Source of the DNA: Candidatus Azotimanducaceae bacterium
GTDB lineage: Bacteria > Pseudomonadota > Gammaproteobacteria > Pseudomonadales > Azotimanducaceae
Assembly (NCBI GenBank): GCA_045560765.1
Contig: JBJKZD010000013.1
Coordinates: 77,559-141,558, forward strand
DNA length: 64,000 nt
Reading direction: 5' to 3'
Part shown: in pieces, positions 9,164-17,418 of the stretch
Layout: each line of letters begins with the position of its first letter
Numbering within the stretch: position 1 is the stretch's first letter
The notes under the pieces: model-generated
Seen by the model: the letters and a program-made list of their open reading frames with translations, nothing else
What the model was told of the DNA's origin: nothing
The model's database searches: none
Made by a program: the position numbers and the translations under genes

Positions 9164-10661
9164 ATGAACTCGACAGAACCTTGGCAATGGAGTGCTTGTC
9201 AAATCAAGACAGCGATTGCCGCCAAAGATATCTCCGCGGTTGAAGTTACCCGATCGCACCTCGAGCGCATTGATGCAGTCAACCCCGACGTCAATGCGAT
9301 GGTCACACTGGTGCCGGATCAAGCCCTTGCCCAAGCTGAAGCCATCGATCGCGCTGTGTCTAAAGGACAGTCTTTACCGGCTCTAGCTGGCGTCCCCACA
9401 GCCCACAAGGATCTAACTCTGACCAAGGGCATACGCACCACCTTCGGATCAAAACTCTTTGCTGATTTTGTCCCGACCCAAGACGCGGAAATTGTCACGA
9501 GAATACGCGCAGCCGGCGCGATCACCCTCGGAAAAACCAACACCCCGGAATGGGGCGCGGGCTCACATACGTTTAACCCTATTTTTGGCGTCACCCGCAA
9601 CCCTTACGACCTGTCCAAAAGTGCCGGGGGTAGCTCCGGAGGCGCAGCTGCGGCGCTTGCAGCAAGGATGATCCCCCTCGCTGACGGCAGTGATTTGGGT
9701 GGATCCCTTCGGAATCCAGCGAGTTTTTGTAATGTGGTTGGCTTTCGCACCACACCCGGTCGCGTACCACTGCTGCCAACAGATGCGCCTGGTGACCCCT
9801 TACCCATCGTTGGCCCGATGGCCCGCACAGTCGATGATTGCGCTTTGTTACTCAGCGTCATGTCTGGCTTTCATCCTGAGGCGCCGCTATCCAACATGGC
9901 GCTCGAAAATTATTCGCCTCCAATTGAGCCATTTTTGAATGAGCCTCGCATCGCCTTAAGCTCCAATTTCGACAATCAAATCCCCATTGAGGACGAAATC
10001 ATCAAGATTGTTGACAGCGTTAGCGGTGGATTACGTCAACTCGACGCGGAATATGAAATAGCCTGCCCAGATTTATCCGCTGCGAGCGAAATTTTTCATG
10101 TCCTGCGAGCATCAGCGTTTGCACGGCGGCACGGCGCTGGCGTTAGAAAGAACCCGGAGAACTATAAAGATACGGTGGTCTGGAATGTGGAACAAGGGCT
10201 TGCGCTTAACTCCCCAGCGGATCGAGGCAGCGGAGCAAGCGCGCACATTGTTGGTTCGGCGAGTCCACACTTTTTTTAAGGCCTACGACTTTCTTCTAAC
10301 GCCGGTGGTGCAAGTGCTGCCGTTTGATACTTCCTTGGAGTATGTGCAGCAAATCAAGGGTCAGTCCATGGGTACGTATATCGAGTGGATGCAATCCTGC
10401 TCTTTAATTTCTGTTACCGGCCTACCGGCATTGTCACTACCCTACGGCTTTAGCGAAACAGGACTTCCGGTGGGGCTTCAAATTATCGGCCGCCCAGGGG
10501 CTGACCTTTCTGTGCTTCGTTTGGCCAAAGCCCTTGAGACTCTGAATCCGGTTTGGCAGACGTCACCGGAGCTAGGCGCTAAGTCATCCCCGAGTATCCC
10601 GCTAAGAGGTGCACGTGCAGCTGTCCGAATCAAATCATCCAAACCAGGTCACCCATCTTGA
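9164..10661 (+). pseudogene. Amidase-signature family amidase, reading frame broken by a 1-nt insertion near 10208-10209
   Basis: Track ORFs 9164-10279 and 10098-10661 are the N- and C-terminal parts of one amidase (GGSSGGAAAALAA signature; C-terminal GLPVGLQIIGRPG). Removing one A from CTTAACTCCCC restores ...VEQGLALTPQRIEAAEQ... Confidence 0.8.
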
Positions 10662-11835
10662 GTGCAGCGCAACAGGCCAGCATTATCCAGCCGATAGGAT
10701 TCAAACCATCTCTGAGGCAGGAAAGCCGCTGCTGGTCCGATACGATCTTCCCTCCATCAAAAAAGTCCTCACTCGTGAGCAACTTCAAAACCGTGAACCT
10801 ACGCTTTGGCGTTACCAAGAATTGCTCCCTCTGAGAGCGCCGCCGATTTCGCTGGGAGAGACCTTCACCCCGCTGATCGAGAGCAAGGCCCTTTCGCAAA
10901 CACTCAATTTAGATCAGGTCCTCATCAAAGACGAGGGCCGACTTCCCACAGGGTCTTTTAAAGCCCGAGGATTGGCGCTGGCGGTGAACCTCGCGAAATC
11001 GTTTGGCGTTGGGAAAATGGCAATTCCTACCAATGGTAACGCAGGCAGCGCGCTGGCGGCCTATTGTAGCGCCGTGGGGATCGAGTCTTTGTGCTTCTGC
11101 CCAAGCGATACACCGGAAGTGAACCTTCAGGAGATGGCTTTTTATGGTGCCAAAACGTTCAAGGTAAATGGCCTGATTAATGATTGCGGAAAGATCGTGA
11201 AGGCAGGCGCAGAACAAGGCCTTTGGTTTGATACCGCAACCCTGCGCGAGCCCTACAGAATCGAAGGTAAGAAAACCATGGGCTTCGAATTGGTCGATCA
11301 GATGCACTGGGAGCTACCGGATGTCATCCTCTATCCCACAGGCGGAGGAACTGGCTTGATCGGCATGTGGAAAGCCTTTGACGAGCTTGAGGCGCTTGGA
11401 CTGATCGGAAAGTCGCGCCCCAAAATGGTTGCCGTCCAGGCGGAGCACTGCGCACCGATTGTTCAGGCTTTCGAACAGGGATTGGATCATGCTGAACCTT
11501 GGGCCAATGCACAAACCGCAGCAGCAGGAATTCGCGTTCCAGTCGCTTTGGGGGACTTCCTGATCCTTAAGGCAGTCCGCGACAGTGCAGGTTTCGCCAC
11601 CGCTGTTTCCGACGCGGCAATCTTAAAAGCTCAGGCCTCAATCGCGAAAACAGAGGGCATCCTTTTGTGTCCAGAAGGCGCTGCAACCGCTGCTGCGTTA
11701 ATCCAAGAACGTAAAAGTGGCCGCATTAAATCCGGATCCCGAGTGCTACTATTTAACTGTGCAACCGGACTGAAGTACCCGATGCCTGCTCCGATTCATC
11801 GATTTGACAATCATCAGAATTTGGCCGACCTATAA
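10609..11835 (+). CDS. Threonine synthase-like PLP-dependent enzyme (tryptophan synthase beta fold)
   Basis: PTGSFKARGLALAV (PLP-lysine motif), PTNGNAGSALAAY and YPTGGGTGLIG. There is no ATG near the N-terminus, so a GTG start at 10609/10615 is assumed. It overlaps the amidase 3' end. Confidence 0.7.
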   Translation: MHVQLSESNHPNQVTHLECSATGQHYPADRIQTISEAGKPLLVRYDLPSIKKVLTREQLQNREPTLWRYQELLPLRAPPISLGETFTPLIESKALSQTLNLDQVLIKDEGRLPTGSFKARGLALAVNLAKSFGVGKMAIPTNGNAGSALAAYCSAVGIESLCFCPSDTPEVNLQEMAFYGAKTFKVNGLINDCGKIVKAGAEQGLWFDTATLREPYRIEGKKTMGFELVDQMHWELPDVILYPTGGGTGLIGMWKAFDELEALGLIGKSRPKMVAVQAEHCAPIVQAFEQGLDHAEPWANAQTAAAGIRVPVALGDFLILKAVRDSAGFATAVSDAAILKAQASIAKTEGILLCPEGAATAAALIQERKSGRIKSGSRVLLFNCATGLKYPMPAPIHRFDNHQNLADL

Positions 11836-11911
11836 GATTTACAAGACATCTCAATCTATCCGCGATGACGCTGGGATTGTTCTTGCTTATCGCGAAAGAG
11901 CCGGTATCATG

Positions 11912-12003
11912 GCTCTCACCTTAGGGGTGGTCCCAGGACCTGAGATGCCAAAAGGCGAACCCTAGAACCTGATCCGGATTATACCGGCGTAGGAAAAGGA
12001 CGT
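11912..12003 (+). promoter_or_regulatory. TPP (thiamine pyrophosphate, THI-box) riboswitch
   Basis: GGGGTGG..CCTGAGATGCC..GAACCCTAGAACCTGATCCGGATTATACCGGCGTAGGAAAAGG matches the conserved CUGAGA, ACCUGAUCYGGAUAAURCCRGCGUAGGRA core. It lies 55 nt upstream of the TonB receptor start. Confidence 0.88.
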
Positions 12004-12058
12004 TCAGATCTCCTCCCTTCGTTTCGTTCGGATTTAAGACCAATGAAATGAGGTGACT

Positions 12059-14110
12059 ATGTTTCGAACCCTTTTAATCTGCCTAATGCTGTGCACGACC
12101 AGTGTCTTCGCCAGTGACCAGGACCTACCCGAGGTCGTTGTCAGCGCGGACTTTCACAACTCAGAAGAACTCGACACCATAACCAGCATTACCGTGCTCT
12201 CAGAGACCGAAAAGCTCGCAAGAGGGGCGACCCACCTCGAAGCACTTTTAAACCTCGTCCCGAATTTGAACTACGCAATGGGGACCTCCCGAGCTAGATT
12301 TTTTCAGATACGGGGGATCGGTGAGCGCAGTCAATATGCCGAGCCTCTGAACAGCTCGGTTGGGCTCATGATTGATGGCATTGATTTTAGCGGCCTCGGC
12401 ACGATCGCAACCCTAACCGACCTCCAACAAATTGAGATTTTGCGCGGCCCTCAAGGGACCCGATTCGGGGCGAATGGACTCGCCGGACTCATCGCCATCA
12501 CAACAAAAGATCCCCAACCTGACTCATCGCTAGAAATCACCACCGGTATCGCTTCTCACAACGCTCGACAGGCCAGCATCACCCTCAATCAGCCGCTCAC
12601 GAGTAAAACCTCCGCACGACTGAATTTCAGTCGCCAGATTGCCGATGGCCACTACCAGAACGCTTTCTTAGATCGCAGCGATACCAACGACATTGATGAG
12701 CATCATCTCAATCTAAAACTTGTTTCTGAAGGCGACTCATTCGTCACAAAGTTAACCGCGATTGTTGCTGATGTAGATAACGGATTCGATGCGTTCACGT
12801 TAGACAATACACGCAACACCTTGTCTGACGAACCCGGGTTTGATCGTCAAAAAACCAAAGCCCTTGCCGTCTCTCTGCAGCGCAATCTCACGGCCGCATC
12901 GCTTGAATTTTTGGCTTCCATCAGCGACTCAAAGTTAGGGTATGGCTATGACGAGGACTGGAGCTACGTTGGCATTCACCCCTTCGGCTATCAATCAACG
13001 GATGAGTACTTCCGGGATCAATCTCACCGCAGTGCAGAATTGCGCCTTGTCTCAAGCCCCTCCCTTGAGCGGGATGAGGCCGCAACGACTTGGGCCCTGG
13101 GTCTTTACCGAACTGAACTGAGAAGCGATCTTTTAAGACGCTATACTTTTGCGGCGCCTTACAACAGCGACTACTCAAACAAGGCTACGGCGCTCTTCGC
13201 TGAAACATCACTGTCCCTAGCTCATCGCGTCAAACTGAACGCTGGGCTGAGGATCGAGCGCCGCCGTCGGGAATTCGACGACTCATTGTTGGTGGCATTT
13301 GATCCTTCTGAAACCTTATGGGGAGGTCGGTTGGGCCTGCAATATGGTTTGAATTCAGGCGGACAGCTGTATCTGAGCCTAAGCAAAGGTTTTAAGGCAG
13401 GCGGATTCAACACCGATGGCACACTCGATGAAGCATTGCGAGAGTTTGATTCGGAAACCTTGATCGAGACCGAACTGGGGTTTAAAGCCCAAACCCAGAG
13501 GTCAAGAATCAGATTCGCACTTTTTCATGCGGACCGGCGCGATCAGCAAGTTAAAAGTTCTCTGGTGCTCGCCCGATCGGACGGAAGCACTGAATTTATC
13601 GACTTTTTAGGCAATGCGGCCGAAGGTGTTAATCAAGGCTTGGAAGTTGAAGTCGAAACACAGTTGTTTGAGTCTTGGCAGCTGCGCTTTGCAGGGGGTT
13701 ATTTGGATGCAACCTTTGATCAATTCATCAATGAATTTGGTGACGACCTTGGGGGACGTGAACAAGCCCAGGCGCCGAAGGTTACCGCCAGTGCGGCCTT
13801 GAGCTTTGATCAAGGCAACCGGTTCGCAAGTCTCGGCATTGACCACAAGGCGAGCTACTATTTTTCAGACCGACATGACACGCGGAGCAAGGCCTTTACC
13901 ACTGTGAACCTTGCATTAGGCATGGAGTGGCCAAACTGGCGACTATCGGTGTGGGGGCGTAACCTGACAGACGAGACAATTTATACCCGCGGCTTTGGCA
14001 GCTTTGGTAACGATCCACGCAAAGACTATGTAACTGAACCCTATTTTCAGTTCGGCGAACCAAGAACCATTGGGTTGACGGTTTCTTATTTGGGACAGAG
14101 AGGGCAATAG
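12059..14110 (+). CDS. TonB-dependent outer-membrane receptor (thiamine/thiamine-precursor type inferred from riboswitch)
   Basis: Signal peptide MFRTLLICLMLCTTSVFA, plug-domain motifs (IEILRGPQGTRFGANGLAGLI), and a long beta-barrel ending in an aromatic-rich C-terminus. A TPP riboswitch lies immediately upstream. Confidence 0.88.
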   Translation: MFRTLLICLMLCTTSVFASDQDLPEVVVSADFHNSEELDTITSITVLSETEKLARGATHLEALLNLVPNLNYAMGTSRARFFQIRGIGERSQYAEPLNSSVGLMIDGIDFSGLGTIATLTDLQQIEILRGPQGTRFGANGLAGLIAITTKDPQPDSSLEITTGIASHNARQASITLNQPLTSKTSARLNFSRQIADGHYQNAFLDRSDTNDIDEHHLNLKLVSEGDSFVTKLTAIVADVDNGFDAFTLDNTRNTLSDEPGFDRQKTKALAVSLQRNLTAASLEFLASISDSKLGYGYDEDWSYVGIHPFGYQSTDEYFRDQSHRSAELRLVSSPSLERDEAATTWALGLYRTELRSDLLRRYTFAAPYNSDYSNKATALFAETSLSLAHRVKLNAGLRIERRRREFDDSLLVAFDPSETLWGGRLGLQYGLNSGGQLYLSLSKGFKAGGFNTDGTLDEALREFDSETLIETELGFKAQTQRSRIRFALFHADRRDQQVKSSLVLARSDGSTEFIDFLGNAAEGVNQGLEVEVETQLFESWQLRFAGGYLDATFDQFINEFGDDLGGREQAQAPKVTASAALSFDQGNRFASLGIDHKASYYFSDRHDTRSKAFTTVNLALGMEWPNWRLSVWGRNLTDETIYTRGFGSFGNDPRKDYVTEPYFQFGEPRTIGLTVSYLGQRGQ

Positions 14111-14136
14111 TGCAAACTTGGGGAGTTTAGCTTTCT

Positions 14137-14204
14137 AGGAAAGTTGGGTTTTAAGGAAAGTTGAGTATTAAGGAAATTTGGGTTTTAAGGAAAGTTTGCG
14201 CTGC
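14137..14204. repeat. Imperfect tandem repeat, 17-bp period, 4 units (AGGAAAGTTGGGTTTTA)
   Basis: The units read AGGAAAGTTGGGTTTTA / AGGAAAGTTGAGTATTA / AGGAAATTTGGGTTTTA / AGGAAAGTTTGCGCTGC. It sits in the intergenic region between the TonB receptor stop and the PnuC-family gene. Confidence 0.9.
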
Positions 14205-14426
14205 TTAAAACGGCCTTGGGCGAGATTTAAAAAAGATCTATTCGGACCATTGAGCCGTCCGAACAGGCGACGCCGCTTTGCCGTATCTCCGGTCCATAAC
14301 GCCCGTTCCTTCACCCAAGAATGGGTTCTCAACCATTGACCTCGTTGGGCTAAGCGCTCAACCTTTTGCTTGATCAAGTTAGCCAAAAACGCGCCTCAAA
14401 ACGAGGCAACCAGTGAGAGATATCCA

Positions 14427-15053
14427 ATGAACGATACAGTCTCAGCGCTCGCCGACGGCTTGCGCCAAACCTCAGCCATGGAGCTCGTCGCCGTCATTTT
14501 AGCATTGGTGTATTTAATTTTGGCCGTCCGAGAAAACCTCTGGTGCTGGGCCGCCGCTGGTGGCTCGACGCTCATCTATCTGTTCTTGTTTTTTGAAGTT
14601 GGGCTCTATGCGGAAAGCGCCTTGCAAATTTACTACCTCGGCATGGCGGGTTATGGATTCCAGCAATGGCGATCGAAGGCCTCGGCTCACCCTCTGCCAG
14701 AGGCAAAAGCCATCATCCGCTGGTCCATACCCAAACACCTATTGGCCCTAACATTCATCGCGGCCAGCACCAGCAGCCTTGGATGGGTACTCCTTCAGAC
14801 CGATAGCCAGGCACCTTTTCTTGATGCTTTTACAACCTGCGCAGCCCTTGTGACCACCTACATGGTGACCCAAAAAATATTAGAAAATTGGATTTACTGG
14901 CTGGTGATAGACGCAGCCGCGATTGTGCTCTATCTCGATCGGGCGCTCTACTTTACCGCCCTACTCTTCGGAATCTATATTGTCATTGTTATTGTAGGCT
15001 ACTGGCGTTGGCTTAAAATTTTTCGGATTTCACAAAAAGGAAATCAGACATGA
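14427..15053 (+). CDS. PnuC-family vitamin transporter (PnuT-like, thiamine specificity inferred from context)
   Basis: ELVAVILALVYLILAVRENLWCW... matches the PnuC family N-terminus, with about 7 TM segments. The gene sits downstream of the TPP-riboswitch-controlled receptor. Start taken at MNDTVS. Confidence 0.75.
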   Translation: MNDTVSALADGLRQTSAMELVAVILALVYLILAVRENLWCWAAAGGSTLIYLFLFFEVGLYAESALQIYYLGMAGYGFQQWRSKASAHPLPEAKAIIRWSIPKHLLALTFIAASTSSLGWVLLQTDSQAPFLDAFTTCAALVTTYMVTQKILENWIYWLVIDAAAIVLYLDRALYFTALLFGIYIVIVIVGYWRWLKIFRISQKGNQT

Positions 15054-15619
15054 CCAAACTCTTTCCGAAAAACTCTACAAACTTCGTTAGCCTCACGCGA
15101 TGCATTTTCCTCCGAGAACCACTGCTGAAGGCTTTTCAAATCTGCTTCGTTATTGTGTTCACTGCGATTACGGTTACAACCCGTGCTGAGCCCGCAAACG
15201 ACGCTGGTCCCATGGCGGGTTTTTCCGACTACATCGGAGGCCGATGGCAATCAGATGCAACAGAGCAGACCTACCGCTGGGGACCTGATCAGACCAGTGT
15301 GTTTGCAGAGTCTTTTAGTCACAATGGCGACCATCGTAGGCTCAACGCGAGTGGACTTTGGTACTTTGATCCTTCGTCGAGCCAGATTAAAGGCGTCTTC
15401 GTCGCGAGCAATATGCCTTTCGTTATCCTCCACTACACCACGCGATTTGAAGCCGGCTGGATGATCAGCACCATCGTCAGTGTTGATCGAGAGGGCCATT
15501 CTCGAGAGTACCTGGAGCGGCAGCGTCTTCGCCCAGATAAGCAGGCTTACCAATGGACATTAACCGATGTCCAGGATCCCGCTATGACTATGTCGAGTCA
15601 ATTTCTGCTAGCAAAATAG
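15050..15619 (+). CDS. Hypothetical exported protein, no recognisable family
   Basis: Its ATG overlaps the PnuC-family stop (ATGA at 15050-15053). A hydrophobic N-terminal segment FQICFVIVFTAITVTTRA is followed by a soluble, W/Y-rich domain of about 130 aa. Confidence 0.55.
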   Translation: MTKLFPKNSTNFVSLTRCIFLREPLLKAFQICFVIVFTAITVTTRAEPANDAGPMAGFSDYIGGRWQSDATEQTYRWGPDQTSVFAESFSHNGDHRRLNASGLWYFDPSSSQIKGVFVASNMPFVILHYTTRFEAGWMISTIVSVDREGHSREYLERQRLRPDKQAYQWTLTDVQDPAMTMSSQFLLAK

Positions 15620-15742
15620 AAACCCTGACTCCCGCTAAGGGCTGTTCCAAGCGCTTCTGGTTCGAGACTTGAACGGAAGCCTTCGCCGCTTGGCTGACTA
15701 TTTTCTCTCTGTTTTTTCTTCTTAAGGTCTAGGATTTTCAAC

Positions 15743-15768
15743 AAAAAAAAGGGCGCAAAGCGCCCTTT
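15743..15768. terminator. Bidirectional rho-independent terminator
   Basis: AAAAAAAA-GGGCGC-AAA-GCGCCC-TTTC lies between the convergent genes 15050-15619(+) and 15793-16425(-). Confidence 0.8.
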
Positions 15769-15792
15769 CAATCATCATTGTTACACCAACGA

Positions 15793-16425
15793 TCAGAATC
15801 CTTTTCCGATCGAGAAAACAATCGCTTCGGCTTCCCCACCCTCTTGGTCACCTAGCTCATCGGTCAAAATGTAAGAAACGCCGACATCAAACTCCGAGAT
15901 CGAAGTTCCGTACCCGAACTCGAAATAGTCACCATCAAAGTCTTTGCCGAAAGTTCCATAGGTTCCATAAAAACCTGAATCAGTCGCAAAGCCAATTTCC
16001 AAGAAGTCATAGTCTTCTTCTGCACCAAAGCCATCCCACTGCCCGCTGGAATAACCCAAACTGAACATGCCGTACCCAAGGCCCAGATTGACCTCTTGGT
16101 ACGTGTCGTCAAAATCGCCCGTATAGTAGTAGCCGGTAAACCCTAGGCTCGCCGAAAAACCAGCATCTGTTTCGATTCCGTAGCCGCCATAGAGGTCTAC
16201 TTCTAAACCATCACCCACATCCGCCGACCATGCTCCCAGATAGAGTCCATTTTGCTCGAAGTCAATCCCAGCACTGGCACTCGATGACTTTTGAAAGATT
16301 CCGCGATAATAATATTCGCTGACAAAACCAACGTTGTAGGACACTTCCGCAGAAGCCTGGGTCGTCACTAGGGCACTCATTGCAATCACACTGCTTAAGG
16401 CCAACCGTGCTAAGTTTTTCATCAA
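15793..16425 (-). CDS. Small outer-membrane beta-barrel protein (TIGR02001 / Gcw_chp-like)
   Basis: Signal peptide ...VTTQASA. SYNVGFVSEYYYRGIFQKSS...GLYLGAWSADVG resembles the TIGR02001 family. Alternating Gly/aromatic beta-strands run through to a C-terminal F. Confidence 0.6.
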   Translation of the reverse strand: MMKNLARLALSSVIAMSALVTTQASAEVSYNVGFVSEYYYRGIFQKSSSASAGIDFEQNGLYLGAWSADVGDGLEVDLYGGYGIETDAGFSASLGFTGYYYTGDFDDTYQEVNLGLGYGMFSLGYSSGQWDGFGAEEDYDFLEIGFATDSGFYGTYGTFGKDFDGDYFEFGYGTSISEFDVGVSYILTDELGDQEGGEAEAIVFSIGKGF

Positions 16426-16757
16426 TTTTCTCCATTTGTATGAACGTTTTAGAATTTCCGCCCAAACTCATCAGGCGGTCTGCTCGCACGGCCACTTACG
16501 CGCTCGCTTCACGGCCTAAGGAGCAAACACTGGGCCAACTTTTTTAGCGCTTAAAAACAGGCAATTTTGGCACAGGCGCCCTGTTTTAATAGGTAACATC
16601 TAGGATCCGTGCACTGATATGACTCATTCTCTTGGTCATGCCCCACAATGGCGCACGGCGCACAGTGTCATTGATTCTTCGTTGTTGTCCTGAGACTTTC
16701 AAACCTTCGACTAACTGATACACTCAGAACCTCCTAAAACCGATAGAGGATATTGTC

Positions 16758-17366
16758 ATGTTGATCCTGCACCACGCCCCCAATTCACGAGCGGGTCGAA
16801 TCGTCTGGCTTCTTGAGGAACTCGGCCTAGACTATTCACTGAACGCAATGAAATTCCATCCATCGGACCTTAAGTCTGATGCCCACAGGGCGCGTCACCC
16901 CTTGGGTAGAATCCCGGTCTTGGAGGACGGTCCTCTGACCCTTTGGGAATCCGGCGCGATTGTTGAGTACATCATTGAGCGGCACACCGACGGACAGCTC
17001 AAACCCAAACCCGATCATTCTGCCTATCCTAAATATCTACAGTGGTTTCACTATTGCGAAGGCATGGTGATGCCCCCGGTTAACACCATTGTTGTGCAAA
17101 CCGTTTTACTGCCCCCCGAACGACGGAACGAAGAAGCCCTGGCGCAGGCTCAAAAACTTCTCACTAGAGCCCTTGCGCCTGTTGACGAACACTTAGCCGC
17201 TCATGACTTTCTTGCTGGCGACTTTTCCGGTGCCGACATCATGCTGGGACATGCCTGCTTTATGTCGAATCGCCTGGGATGCGTACCTGAGACCTATAGT
17301 GCATTAAAAGCTTACATTGCACGCTTGGAAGCCCGACCCGCCTTTAACAAAGGGATTTCAACCTGA
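16758..17366 (+). CDS. Glutathione S-transferase
   Basis: N-terminal thioredoxin-like domain (SRAGRIVWLLEELGL, IPVLEDG, ESGAIVEYI) with an alpha-helical C-terminal domain. Confidence 0.85.
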   Translation: MLILHHAPNSRAGRIVWLLEELGLDYSLNAMKFHPSDLKSDAHRARHPLGRIPVLEDGPLTLWESGAIVEYIIERHTDGQLKPKPDHSAYPKYLQWFHYCEGMVMPPVNTIVVQTVLLPPERRNEEALAQAQKLLTRALAPVDEHLAAHDFLAGDFSGADIMLGHACFMSNRLGCVPETYSALKAYIARLEARPAFNKGIST

Positions 17367-17418
17367 GCCAGGGTCGAGCTCAAAAACACGCTTTTTTTAA
17401 CACCGAGGACCTGCGCTT

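Noticed and set aside
14137-14204. Tandem arrays (also 41379-41438 and 55684-55768) as possible CRISPR arrays
   Set aside because: The units are directly abutting 15-17-bp repeats with no unique spacers and there are only 4-5 copies. No cas genes are in the window. They are simple tandem repeats, not CRISPR.
16555-16600. TGGCAC motif (possible sigma-54 -24 element) inside an AAAACAGG...CCTGTTTT inverted repeat upstream of the GST gene
   Set aside because: The required GC (-12 TTGC) element is absent at the correct 10-nt spacing after the GG. It is most simply a chance TGGCAC inside a hairpin.
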